Part shown: piece by piece, positions 14,317 through 26,739 of the stretch
Layout of the letters: each line of letters starts with the position of its first letter
Numbering within the stretch: position 1 is the stretch's first letter
Assembly (NCBI GenBank): GCA_022605425.2
Contig: JAKIMF020000007.1
Location: 806,001 to 870,000, forward strand
Source of the DNA: Hamiltosporidium tvaerminnensis FI-OER-3-3
Lineage: Eukaryota > Fungi > Microsporidia
DNA length: 64,000 bases
Reading direction: 5' to 3'
Program-made: the position numbers and the translations under genes
Notes under the pieces: model-generated
Told to the model about the DNA's origin: nothing
Database searches by the model: none
What the model saw: the letters and a program-made list of their open reading frames with translations, nothing else

Positions 14317-14520
14317 TTAATATACTACATTAAGAAATATCTACGTTTACCTCATATGACTTATATTATAACATTTAAAGGATTATTTAATATACTACAT
14401 TAAGAAATATCTACGTTTACCTCATATGACTTATATTGTAACATTTAAAGGATTATTAAATATACTACATTAAGAAATATCTACGTTTACTTCATATGAC
14501 TTATATTGTAACATTTAAAG
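14317..14520. repeat. 70-bp tandem repeat x~3
   Basis: tatactacattaagaaatatctacgtttac at 14321, 14391, 14461. Confidence 0.95.
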
Positions 14521-14803
14521 TGTTCGGTAATGTTTTTTATTATAGTATTTGATCTTATTGTGTAAGGTAATGACTTCCTGATATAAAAAGTGTTATAAAG
14601 TTAAAAATCTTGTATAAATATTTTTATATCTTCAAATTCTTTTGGTTTTTTTATGTTTCACAAGCTTATATATCTTCGAATGTAAAAATATTCCAAAAGT
14701 CAATGTTAAGTTTTGGATTAATTACCATATAGATTCTTGGTTATAAATTTCAATTAAAATTTTATAAAAATGTCGATAAAGTATTCCATTACTTATTAAA
14801 GTA

Positions 14804-15165
14804 TTTTTTCTTATTTATTCACACATATAATTTTATAGAATTAATTGAATTAAGATATAAAATATTTCTAAATTTAGGCTTAGATTCTATAATTTTTTCT
14901 TATTTATTCACACATATAATTTTTAAGAATTAATTGAATTAAGATTTAAAATATTTCTAAATTTAGACTTAGATTCTATAATTTTTTCTTATTTATTCAC
15001 ACATATAATTTTTAAGAATTAATTGATTCAAGATTTAAAATATTTCTAAATTTAGACTTAGATTCTATAATTTTTTCTTATTTATTCACACATATAATTT
15101 TTAAGAATTAATTGATTCAAGATTTAAAATATTTCTAAATTTAGGCTTAGATTCTATAATTTTTT
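14804..15165. repeat. 89-bp tandem repeat x4
   Basis: acacatataattt at 14821, 14910, 14999, 15088. Confidence 0.95.
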
Positions 15166-15469
15166 CAAATATTTAAAAAAAAAATGATTTGGTTTGAATT
15201 GTTTTTGTCTCATTAAAAGGTTAATTTATTTCTATTTCTACGTATAAACTCATCATAAATATTACATTTTTAAAGTAAGTATCAATACTTAACCAAAAAT
15301 TCAATGAATTCAAAGAATCTACAAAATTTTGGTTTTATTTCGTTTTGATTTGGAAAATAAAGCTCTTCAGATATTTAATTACAACTCTCATTGTCATATA
15401 AACAATTTCCTTTTTTTTTATTTTTTATCTCTGTCATAGAAACAATCTTCAATCAAATAAATGAATAAC

Positions 15470-15772
15470 ATTTATTTCAACATTCAATCAATAAGCTGAA
15501 TATATGTCTAATTCTAAATATTTTCTTTTTTAAGTCATTAAGATTTATTTCAACATTCAATCAAAGTGCTGAATATATGTCCTGATTCTAAATATTTTCT
15601 TTTTTAAGTCATTAAGATTTATTTCAACATTCAATCAATAAGCTGGATATATTGTCTTGATTCTAAATATTTTCTTTTTTAAGTCATTAAGATTTATTTC
15701 AACATTCAATCAATAAGCTGAATATATGTCCTGATTCTAAATATTTTCTTTTATAAGTCATTAAGATTTATT
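15470..15772. repeat. ~74-bp tandem repeat x4
   Basis: cattcaatcaa at 15481, 15554, 15628, 15703. Confidence 0.95.
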
Positions 15773-16107
15773 TTCTAATTTCTTTATTTTTTGTTAAATT
15801 TTTAACAAATTTTCAGTTTAAAAAAATGTCTTTTTTAAAAAAACAATTATAAAGAATTTATCCTTATACTTATAAGTAAAAATCTCGTTTTTTTAAATAT
15901 AAAAACCAGTGATAAACTGACTAATAAATACAAACTTTTATATTTAAAAAATATAATTGAACATAATTCCTATAATCTCTTACTTTTCATTACACATATC
16001 AAAACTAATTCATAATAAAAAAAATAATTATAATTATGCAATTTATTTTCTAAAACATAATTTATATTTCTGCATAAACACTTATAAAATATCTTAAACT
16101 ATAAAAA

Positions 16108-16375
16108 TTTCTAAAATATTCTCTATTCTCTATTAATCTCTGATATTCAAAATATATGTTTTTATTTAATCATCTTTTTTCTAAAATATTCTCTATTCTC
16201 TATTAATCTCTGATATTCAAAATATATTTTTTTATTTAATCATCTTTTTTCTAAAATATTCTCTATTCTCTATTAATCTCTGATATTCAAAATATATTTT
16301 TTTATTTAATCATCTTTTTTCTAAAATATTATCTATTAATCTCTGATATTCAAAATATATTTTTTTATTTAATCA
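16108..16375. repeat. 70-bp tandem repeat x~4
   Basis: ctaaaatatt at 16111, 16181, 16251, 16321. Confidence 0.95.
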
Positions 16376-16383
16376 GATTAATA

Positions 16384-16512
16384 TTAAAAATAAAAAATAT
16401 TTCACTCAACCATTGTTAATTTAAAGAAACTCATTAGAAAATAAATCAAATTAAAAATAAAAAATATTTCACTTAACTATTGTTAATTTAAAGAAACTCA
16501 TTAGAAAATAAA
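16384..16512. repeat. 67-bp tandem repeat x2
   Basis: ttaaaaataaaaaatatttcact...gaaactcattagaaaataaa at 16384 and 16451. Confidence 0.9.
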
Positions 16513-16547
16513 ATAAATTAAATTAAAAATTTATACCAATACAGCAT

Positions 16548-17423
16548 TTATTTAAAAATGGAATAATGAATAGAATATAAAATATCATATATAGAATTCT
16601 TACCACTTATATCAGTTACAGCATCTAAAAGACATTTCCTATTATCTGCTTTACCTACTTTAGATATTTCCTTTCCTTTTTCTAATAATTTCTTTCTTTC
16701 TTCAATATCTTTAAAATATTTTATAAGTAAATCTTTAAAATCATTTCTACATTGTAATTTATCTCCAATTTTTAAAGTATCTGCCCAGGTTTTTTTATGT
16801 AAATTTTTTAACATTCTTTGTTCCAATTCATTTTTTCTGTAATTAATTCTAAAAGAATAATAATGTCTGTTTAATCCGTGAAGAATAGAAACCAATGTAG
16901 GTTTTGCTTCGTATCCTATATTAGAAGATATTTGTCGAGGTTCAATACCCATCATACTCATTTGTGTATTAATAAGTCTAAATGCATCAATTACTACTTT
17001 TCCTTTTACACTTTGTATTGGATCGATTACTACTGCAACTGCTCGTTTACAGAGTTGTTCAAAACTAGATTGAGTACTGATATCTACACTACTCAACCAA
17101 CAACCAAATCCAGGATGGCTGTGATACCAGCCAACTACTGTTTCGTGTCTGCCTGTAGCAGCAAGAAGGTCAAGCATTTTTGTTTGAAATACAGGATCAA
17201 CTGCTTCGACAGTGACACCTGTACCACTTTGTGGCATGGCAAATACATCTACCACGTTTACAGTATAATCATCTACAAATTCACCTAACATTAGTCCCAT
17301 TACTTCTAATGGAATACCTGCTCTTCCATGTTTGAGCATCTTAAGAAGTGCTAATGAAGAAATTTGAACTGTTTCTGATGTATCTGCCATATTTTCTTCT
17401 GTTTCCATGATTGGATATTCCAT
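16548..17423 (-). CDS. RPN11: 26S proteasome regulatory subunit Rpn11 (JAMM deubiquitinase)
   Basis: [48 protein letters not shown] (JAMM HxH..S..D), [20 protein letters not shown]; CCCTT before the ATG. Confidence 0.98.
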   Translation of the reverse strand: MEYPIMETEENMADTSETVQISSLALLKMLKHGRAGIPLEVMGLMLGEFVDDYTVNVVDVFAMPQSGTGVTVEAVDPVFQTKMLDLLAATGRHETVVGWYHSHPGFGCWLSSVDISTQSSFEQLCKRAVAVVIDPIQSVKGKVVIDAFRLINTQMSMMGIEPRQISSNIGYEAKPTLVSILHGLNRHYYSFRINYRKNELEQRMLKNLHKKTWADTLKIGDKLQCRNDFKDLLIKYFKDIEERKKLLEKGKEISKVGKADNRKCLLDAVTDISGKNSIYDILYSIHYSIFK

Positions 17424-17657
17424 AAGGGTTTCAAAATATTTTCAAGTTTTTAAATAAAAAAATTTATGTTTAAAAAATTTATTTTAAAGAATTTTTTTTT
17501 TTGGAAAAAAAAATGAAATTCTTAATTTCAAATTTATAATTTTCTTTTGATAAAATAAGGGTTCATTCTTAAAGGCAAAGTTTCTTTTGTGCAAACATAA
17601 CAAATATTTTTATTTATAAAATTAATACACAAATATAAAATTTATTATTTTAGTTTT

Positions 17658-18095
17658 GGATTTGGGAGAAGAAACAACTGTGGTAAAAGAGGTAGAAGAA
17701 AATATATAAAAATATAAATGAAGAATCACAGTTGGAAGAAGAAACAACTGTGAAAAGAGGTAGAAGAAAATATTAAAAATATAAATGAAGAGTCACTGTT
17801 GGAAGAAGAAACAACAGTGGTAAAAGAGGTAGAAGAAAATATTAAAAATATAAATGAAGAGTCACTGTTGGAAGAAGAAACAACTATGGTAAAAGAGGTA
17901 GAAGAAAATATTAAAAATATAAATGAAGAGTCACTGTTGGAAGAAGAAACAAAAGTGGTAAAAGAGGTAGAAGAAAATATAAAAAAATATAAATGAAGAG
18001 TTACAGTTGGAAGAAGAAACAACTATGGTAAAAGACGTAGAAGAAAATATAAAAAAATCTTAAAATTATTTTAACCCAGAATTTTATTAAATAAA
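17658..18095 (+). repeat. 69-bp minisatellite (~5.6 units) derived from the 3' end of the RLE non-LTR element, ending in the element's 3' terminus
   Basis: Unit encodes EEET(T/K)VVKEVEENIKNINEESLL versus the LINE C-terminus NINEESDLEEETKVVKEVEENM; unit starts at 17801, 17870, 17939, 18009; ends ttttaacccagaattttattaaataaa. Confidence 0.92.
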
Positions 18096-18299
18096 CTTTT
18101 TAAATGGTTTTTACATGATTAACTTGATATTTAATATTAGGAAAAACTATAAAAAGAAATTTAACTTAACATATATTTTTTCAAGTAACTAACTCTATAC
18201 ACTTTGAAAAGAGAAACATGATTATTATACTTTTCAAATAAAATAAAATAAAAATGACTAAAATAATACTAAAATAATACTTGGGTTGTTTAGTATGAA

Positions 18300-19170
18300 A
18301 TATTTTTTTTATAAGTTTTATTCTTTACTACAGCAAAATTTATTGAATACTTGGTTATTTTTCTGACTATTTTTGTTGGTTTTGCCCAGGTAATATAATT
18401 GTTTAATTTTAAATTTCCATATATTGAGATAAGGCGTGAGTTTAAGTTATTTTTCTATAATTTGTATTTCATTCATTCATTATATGTTTTAAATTTACCT
18501 TCTTTTGCATTGGTGTCTATATGTAGGCAGAGATGAGATTTAAGTACTTCGAAATAACGTGCAAATGTATTTTTGCACGTCTATTATCGGCATTTGTCTT
18601 GGCCAGGTTCTCTTCTTCTATAAAAATATATGGGCCTGTGTATTTTTTATAGAATATAATCAACCAAATCCATCTTCTTGCCATCGTTTTTTTCGAGGCT
18701 TCTTATTGTTCATGTAATCTTTTTCTTGGCTATAATATCCCTGGTTATTATAGAAGGAATTATCTTACCACGAAAATTATGAAAAATCTTTATTCATTTA
18801 GGCAATAAATTTATTTTGGTTTTAGGTCTAAAAAAAAATCTTTTAAAGTAATTCTGATCCCAATAAGCGTTATCCTTTTTGATTTTTTTTATTTAAATAA
18901 AAATAACTGAACCATTTTATTCCGAATTTACATATTATTTTTTATACAAGTGTCTGCTATTAATTATACACACTATTTTAAGGATTTCCCTAATCGAATG
19001 ACTCTTTCTAATCTTTAATACCTAAACATATATTTTTTAAAAAGTGTAGATATACACCAAATCATCTCATTAAGTTGTCTAAAATGGTTGTATTTACTAT
19101 TTCCTTACATCAAATCACCAAATTCTCTCGATATATCAACCATAATATACTATTTTCGATCTAAAAAATA
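18300..19170 (-). pseudogene. probable decayed LTR-retrotransposon RNase H/integrase remnant
   Basis: Coding-like, broken; weak integrase-like peptides on the minus strand (e.g. PTYRHQ in a PYHPQ-like position); boundaries approximate. Confidence 0.3.
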
Positions 19171-19421
19171 AACCAAAGGAATAAAATTTAAACGAACGAA
19201 TTTATTATTAGATACATTTTATTATTAAAAGAAAATAGCGAATTGGATTTAAACACTAAAAAGATTTGTATTTTAAGAATTATAATTTGGATCATTTTAT
19301 GACTTTTAGCAGTATAAAACATTCGAAAGAATGAGAAATTGATACTGAAGCGAGTTTTTTTCGTTACAATGTACAATGAAATACTAAAAAAAAAATTAAA
19401 ATTTATTTCTTTCGAAATATT

Positions 19422-19650
19422 ATCATCATCATCAGCGTTAGATTCCTGTAGAATCTTGGCAAGCGCAACAACGTCGGTTCCCTATTCTTATCGATGAGAT
19501 ACTTCGCTCTCTAGCATCAAACGCCGAGCTTCTGCGATTCAGCGGCGATTTCATCTATCCACCTCTTCTTTGAACGCCATAGCGATATGTAGCCTTCTGG
19601 CATCGAATTTAATTGTTTTGGAAATCTTATCCTTGTCCATCCTTTGTTTC
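19422..19650 (-). mobile_element. RTE-clade LINE 3' remnant
   Basis: Minus strand encodes PEGYISLWRSKKRWIDE (RTE C-terminal GRPxKRWxD motif) and ends in a (GAT)n tail (tcatcatcatca at ~19423-19434 on +). Confidence 0.6.
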
Positions 19651-20631
19651 GAATAATTATATTGTTACGATTTTGATATTTGAAGCGTGTTAACCATTAT
19701 ATCTTAATAGTTGTAAAATAGAATTACAAAATTTTTAGTCATTCGAGAAATTTTAAGTGTATTTGGTGTTCCGATACTATTTTTATCAGAAATGTTAAGT
19801 GTTTAAAAAATTTCATAAAATAAAACCAATATCAATTTTCCAAAAAGAGTTAAATGAACTACAAACAATTTATCAATTTTATTTGAAAAAAATTATCTTT
19901 TTTAAGCTGAAAATATTCTTATTGAGAGAAAAAATCAAAATTATATATTTTTGATTTGATAATTTTATTGCAAAAAAGGAACGGAAGTAAAAACAAATAT
20001 ATAAGTTTATATCTGCGACCATAATTCCTTCGATATTTAGGTTTGGCTTTTTTTTATCGTAGTCTTTAATATAGAACAGTTTAAAATTTATTTAGCTCGC
20101 TCAATTTTATTTGACAAAAAATTTGATAAGTAATTGATATACTAATATTATAAAATACGTGAATTACCTGTAAATTAAAGATAATAAAAAAAAAGTTTTT
20201 TTATGTTCATTATATATATTTTTATCGGATATTAAAATTAAATAATTGTTTAAGACATAATTAAGCTAATTTTGTAATTCTAATAAATTAAATTTTAAAT
20301 GTGATGCCTAAATCTAAAACTTATAACTAAAAGATTTGAATTATTGTAATATTTTTTAAAAATTTTTTAAAAATAGAAAAAGAAGTTTATTTTATTATAT
20401 ATTTTTTTGAATATGTAATTGAATGTTTTAGATTAGGCCAGAACTTCTTTTATTTTGTAATAAAATCTAAAAACGATATTTTCGTGAATTTCTAATTTAT
20501 TAAACCTTTTTGAGCCTACGATTTTATAAAATCAAAAAAAAAATTAAATAAATTGCTAATTTAAAAAAAAATATAATATTCTATAATAGGTTAATTTATG
20601 TGAATAAATTTTTTTCAGAAAAATAATACCC

Positions 20632-23124
20632 ATGAATATATTATATACAGAAATTTTTTATTCGTTATCTATTATATGTTCCAAAAGATATAGGAATGGT
20701 AGTAAAAAAGATTCTACCGAGATTGCATTCAGTAGTAGATCAGATATTATAGAAAAACATGATGAAGAGAAAACATTTGAAAAGCCATTAGTTAAATGTT
20801 TGAGTCATTCTGAAACTTTCGGTGCTGCGGTTGCAGATACATCGCTTTTAGGAATATGTGACGATAGAGCAAATAAAAAAACAAAGGAAGATGCAATATC
20901 TGATTCCGTAGAAGTATCAAGCCAAATAAATGTCCATTCGTTTACGGCTACTAATAAAGATAAAAGAAATAGACAATTATTTACAAGAAAAAAAAATAAA
21001 AACTCTTTACAGTCATCTGGAAATACAGCGAAAATAATAAATCAAAAACCGACCTATGTGCCTAAAACCTTTAGACTACTGAAAATATTTGAAAGCAGGA
21101 AAAGCGAGGATTCTTCTATTTTATCCATATCAGAATCAAGCGAAAATTCGACTCAACTTTTTCACAAAAATAAATCATCTTCGAAGTATATGCCTGATTC
21201 ACACCCATTAAGAGGCGATAATCTGAAATATATTATTGCTGATAAAAATACACTGGCTGATCCTAACCTCAATATATTAAAGACGAATCTCTCACCTAAT
21301 TCTTATAAAACGGAGTCTTCTTGCTCCAAAATTTCAAACAAATTACAGTTTGGTTTGGAATTTAAAGGTACAAATAAAAGAATGAGACTTGATATATCCC
21401 AGGAACTACCACCCAATGCAAATAATTATAATATATCTGAAAATAGGAGTTGTTTGTGTTCGAATAAGCCGAAAAAACAAAAACAAACAGAGACATCTTG
21501 TGGAAAAAACACTATTGCAAATAAAATATCTCATCTATGTAAAAAAAATGTCAATGAAAGGTCAAATAATACGTTACCAATCTATTTATCTTCTAAAATA
21601 ATAAATAAAAAACTGCTCAAAGAAATAATTCCTAAAAAATTTGCCAAAAAAATTAGAAAAAAAAGTTCTAATTCAAAAAATATAACGTTAAAATGTTTAG
21701 ATAAAAAATGTTTTGAACCAAACAAAAGACCAATTATGCACTCAGACGATTTAGGAAATCAAAAGTATAACATATCTGCTTTGGATCCCTTAAAATATGA
21801 TGAATATATCGAATATATATCAAATTTAAGTCTAGCAGAAATACAAAAAATTGTTGCGTTATTAAAAAAAAACATTCATATCAATCCTAGAAAAATAAAA
21901 AATAGTGTTGAAAATAAAAAGCCAATATTATATTATTCAAATAAAATAAGAAATGAGTGCGAGGAAATTGTGACAGATATTTCCGAGGAAAAAATACCAC
22001 GTCTAAACCGCCAAATAGACGATATTATTTATAAAACGACTAATATTGATTCATTTGTTGATCTTCTACTTAATGAAATGAATAAATTGGGATCTTTAGA
22101 CCTTAAAGATGCAAATAGTTTGAATATATTGTTTACCACATTTCAAGAAATAATGGGGTATGAAAAAAATATTTACAAGAAAATCCAAGTAGATGAAATT
22201 TTACGGCATATAAATTTTCTAGATATAAATCACAGTCTTGAATTAATTGTAAAAAATTCCAGATACATGATGCTACCAGAAACCTTTTATATTCTTTCTT
22301 TATATGATAAAGATATAAAAGATTTTATAAAAGAACAAAATTTAGTTCATGTTTCTTTCCTTTTAAGAATATTTGCTTTACATATTATCAAAATATTGCC
22401 AAATAGAAAAGTACAATTTAAAAGAAAATATATAAAAAAAGAAAATCTTTATAGAAGTCAATACTTTTACAAAATATTTAATTTGAGAAAAATTATGTAT
22501 AATATTTTTTTGGGAATAAAAGAATTCAATAGTAAAGCAAACTTGTATCAATTACTAAATATTTTTGATTTTAAGCAAAAAATAATTTACCGGAATCACA
22601 TTTTTGAAGAATATTTATTGTTTAGATTACAATTAAATTCAATGTTCATTTTGATATTATGTCCAGAATTCAAGGTGCAAAACAATATTTTTATTCGGAA
22701 AGTGATAGCTATTTTGGGTATAACGTGTTTTTCAAGATCCCCTGATCTAAAAAGACTAAATTCAAAACTCCATCGAATATGTAATGACCGCAAGAATATT
22801 CCTAAAATTTTGAAAAGCCTATGTCATACTTTTTTACAGAAAGATATGAGTTTTTTAAATGCACCTTCAAGTTCATCACATTCAGATACATCTGATTTGG
22901 AATATAAAGAGATACTTGATTTTTATTCAAAAACAAATGGATTCATTTCGGAACCATCGAAAGCGGAGGAGGATATATTTAAATTCCTGTTTAAATTGGA
23001 ATTCGAAATATTTAAATTTCTCGATATTGAAAAATTTGGAACCGAGGGTTTTAATGGTCTTGAAGAATTATTGGCTAAAAAATACCATGATTCTAACCCT
23101 TGCAATTCCGGATTTAATGAGTGA
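20632..23124 (+). CDS. lineage-specific hypothetical protein, 830 aa (possible signal peptide; paralog of 26740-28239)
   Basis: Long ORF with CCC-ATG start; short hydrophobic N-terminus ending ..SIICS; low-complexity S/K/N middle; C-terminal domain shared with the downstream paralog. Confidence 0.85.
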   Translation: MNILYTEIFYSLSIICSKRYRNGSKKDSTEIAFSSRSDIIEKHDEEKTFEKPLVKCLSHSETFGAAVADTSLLGICDDRANKKTKEDAISDSVEVSSQINVHSFTATNKDKRNRQLFTRKKNKNSLQSSGNTAKIINQKPTYVPKTFRLLKIFESRKSEDSSILSISESSENSTQLFHKNKSSSKYMPDSHPLRGDNLKYIIADKNTLADPNLNILKTNLSPNSYKTESSCSKISNKLQFGLEFKGTNKRMRLDISQELPPNANNYNISENRSCLCSNKPKKQKQTETSCGKNTIANKISHLCKKNVNERSNNTLPIYLSSKIINKKLLKEIIPKKFAKKIRKKSSNSKNITLKCLDKKCFEPNKRPIMHSDDLGNQKYNISALDPLKYDEYIEYISNLSLAEIQKIVALLKKNIHINPRKIKNSVENKKPILYYSNKIRNECEEIVTDISEEKIPRLNRQIDDIIYKTTNIDSFVDLLLNEMNKLGSLDLKDANSLNILFTTFQEIMGYEKNIYKKIQVDEILRHINFLDINHSLELIVKNSRYMMLPETFYILSLYDKDIKDFIKEQNLVHVSFLLRIFALHIIKILPNRKVQFKRKYIKKENLYRSQYFYKIFNLRKIMYNIFLGIKEFNSKANLYQLLNIFDFKQKIIYRNHIFEEYLLFRLQLNSMFILILCPEFKVQNNIFIRKVIAILGITCFSRSPDLKRLNSKLHRICNDRKNIPKILKSLCHTFLQKDMSFLNAPSSSSHSDTSDLEYKEILDFYSKTNGFISEPSKAEEDIFKFLFKLEFEIFKFLDIEKFGTEGFNGLEELLAKKYHDSNPCNSGFNE

Positions 23125-25024
23125 CTGCCCTATGATATTTTTTAACAAGAAACTGTGAGGCTTTTTATTTCTTCTCAGTCTTATAGGTTATTATTTAAGA
23201 TGATGATCTCGTTTCGATTTATTTTAGGATTATTAATGCCCAAAGTTTTTAATTAAAAACATTCGATAAAAAGTTGGGATTTGTTTTAATTCTTAGTTAT
23301 ATTTATATTTTTAGCATTAATTTTACTATTTTATTGTTTTCTCAGCTCCAAAATCAGGCTAAAATTTAAAACATTGAGCTTTTGATTTGTCCGCCTTAAA
23401 ATCGGCATGTATGTACCAAATTAAGTTTCTATAATATTATAATTTATTTTTCACTCTTAATGTTTTAATAGAAATTTCTCTTGTAGTATCTATAGAGTGT
23501 TTGTTTGGTATTAATTAGTATCATTGCTTAGTAATATCATTTTTTTATTATAATTATCTTCTTCTATCAATTAACTTAGGTTCGTTTGTTTTTTAGAAAC
23601 TATCATAGATTTAATCATTGTTACAACAAAGGTTTATGCGATAAGAATTTATTTTAGCAAAATCATCATAAAATATATTTAGAAAATTGTTCTAATATTG
23701 GTTATAAATATAAAATCATTGGTTGTTATGATAGCCTTCACCTTTTTTTCTGTTTTTATTTTAAGAATCTGAACTGCAAATCTAAACTTCTCTGGCTTTG
23801 ATAAATCAGATCATGTTGAAATACGATCCTAAATAAATATTCCTCTTTTATTTCGAATTTTGACACCAGTTTATAAATTCTAGATAAATATTATTCTTGC
23901 AAAATTATTTTTAAAAATTTCTTGAGTTTGATTTTCTAATATTTATTTGGTTTAATTAGTTTAGTTTAGACGAAGTTAATGCTGATATAACTTCACTTCC
24001 CTGTGTCATTGTAGAATTATGTCTATGCACTGTTATTAACGTTTCGTCAAGCAATCTAAAAGTCTTACCCGAATAATTTCATTCTTATAAATTACTTCAA
24101 AATATTAGAACAATATTCGTTAATGAAATAAAACAACTGCTTTTTGGATGTTTTTTAAACTCGCTTTGTTAAAAAATTCAGAAATTCTTGTCGCAAATAG
24201 ATAAATATTTCTATATGTATAATTACGGGTGATTCAAAAAAGTTTTTTTAAATTCTATTACATAAAAAAATGTTACTATATTAAAATAAATGGTTATAAA
24301 ACTCTTAAACCGCGCAAAAGTTAAAATATACATTTGCAACCCTTGTAAAAACCAAAGATTTTTGATTTATTTGAACGGCTTTTTGCTTATTAAAATTTCA
24401 AGTAGTAATTTTTTCAGTTTTGACATTCATTTTGTCCGATCTGCATTTTGATTTGATTCTTTATCAAATATAATCCAAAACTTTAGTCTTGAATACCATT
24501 CTGGGATTTTAACTTGGTGAAATCAAAGATCAAGGAATTTATTTAAAAAATAAACTTTTCATTGTATGTATAAATTTGCTCAGGGCATAGAGTTGATTTT
24601 AAATTCCATGTTTCGTGCTAAATTTATAGAAACATTCATTTGTCATTTCAAGTAGAAATGCCTAATCTTTCTTTCATCGGTGAGAATTATTCCAATATAT
24701 AAGTTCAGTTGTCTTATTGTGCCATCCTTCTCAGCTTTAAAGATTGTTAATAGATGATTCGAGACATTTGTTCGACTTGTTAGAAAAATTGTTCTCTGAA
24801 ATCTCATATGTTTTAGCATGTTTGATTTTTTTTTCTAAACCAGAATCTTTTGAGCAATCATTACTTTATTATATCGTTTTCATGACAAAAGACTTGAATA
24901 TTAGATCGCACTAAGAAATCCAACTTCCATTTGTGATATGTAATTCAGAAATTTGTTTTCACCATGTTAAATTAAAATTGGCGCTGAATATTTTCTGATT
25001 GTTGTATTAAGCGAATATAAGGAA

Positions 25025-25188
25025 CTTGTCCTTCGGGTTAGAGTTAGCCGTACGGCTAACAATCCACCTCGTAAACCCTTGTACGAAACCCGAAAAAACT
25101 AAATATACCCACTAGAAAAAGACCAGTAATCGATATTACAGAAGGCGACCAAGAGTCGTGTTGAGCAGCATTCCGAAGATGAAGATGA
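25025..25188 (+). mobile_element. diverged, partial copy of the RTE-derived bipartite SINE
   Basis: Shares g(g)ctaacaa..c...aaacc(c)ttgt.cgaaacccgaaaa...acccact.gaaaaa.acc with 45013-45246; ends gaagatgaagatg. Confidence 0.6.
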
Positions 25189-26739
25189 ATTTGAAACTTT
25201 GTTAAATAACTAGGTTGGGTATTAAAAAATGCTATAAACCGAGGATACTTCATTTTCGTTATGTTGAAATTTTTGATATTAACTGATTCATAAAATAGTG
25301 TAACTTATTAATAATTATAAATTGGATTGCTCCTTTAATACCTTTCTTGGTTCTTCTCACAATTTAGGTTGGTATACACTTTGTGAAGCGATATTCTTTT
25401 AGACTAGGTTTTAATTTTTTCCAGACATGTCTACATAAAAACAGCAGTTTATGCCACTATAATGAGCGTTTCTATCCCTAATCTTAGCAAAAATGATGCA
25501 TTTCGATTTCTTTTGCTATTTTTGTCTTCCTGCCTAAGAGAAAGTATATTTCTACATTTATATTTTTACGTTCTGCGTATCCTATACTTTGAAAATAACC
25601 AGGCTTCGCATGTATCATCATTTACTTAATTCACATGCTACATAGTTCTATATCTGTTTTGTCTGTACATTCTCTGCTATTATCATGTTTCATAGTAGTA
25701 GATGCACCAAAAATGGTAAAAATATGAATGTATTTAGACCAATTCTTCTTCATTTTTTCTTTTAAGATATCTAAGCAGAATAAATATGTAAATTAATTTT
25801 GATATATAAAAATAAGTTTAAAAAAATCCTCGGATTCTGACAAAATGTCAATCAACTCGACTTAATATCATGAATCTATGTTTTCTATTAGTATCGGTCT
25901 AAAAAACAATCTTATTTTCAGCACTGGGCTTTTCTTGAACTGTTTTAAAGAAATAGCCCTTCGGGTTTTCTCTTATGATGTTTTACAGTTCGAATTTATT
26001 TCGTTTCTCATATGATTTTGCGCACTTTGTTATATTTCAATTGTGTATAATATAAAAACTAAAATTCCTTTTTCAGATGCGTATAAATCAAATGTAATTT
26101 TTACTTTACTCTTGATGAACATTTAATTTTCTTTCTCTTCATTAGTTCTCATGTTAAATTTGAATAAACTCTCATAATGCATGAGCCTTTTCTTCCAATT
26201 ACCTCCTTTTAGAGGCTTTATCATTTTGTATTGACTCAAAATGTTGTTGTTTTATGTGCTCTTACTTTTTAATAAGCCCGTTCATTTATCCGTTGTCATA
26301 GGAGATTTTGTATCTATTTACATCGGTTCCAGAATTTTATTTTTTATAAAAATTGCTAATACGAGATAATGAAAATCCTGAAAACAATCTTTAATTTGTT
26401 GAAATTCAAAATGGTAAAATAAACAACCAAGAATGATGTCTATTTTACCGGCGAGATTAAAAATAAATCAGAATGCTTATTGCTGTAAATATATTAAGAT
26501 GACAAAAAATCGAGGCTGCGATTATAGTAATCTGGTAGTGAGGTAAATTATTCTTGATTTTCTTTAAAATCACAAATTGCTTTAACATATGCGTTAAAAC
26601 TGATCGATCCCATATTCTAAAAAAAATACAAACTCTTCAATTTACTATTTATAAAAGATCAGTTTATAAGTCGAAAAAAATATCTACCTCATCATGAAAA
26701 CAATCCAAAATAGTTTGGAGTGATACTCTTATAATTACC

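Noticed and set aside
14317-16512. Tandem arrays as a CRISPR array
   Set aside because: Whole units repeat with no unique spacers; no cas genes; eukaryotic context
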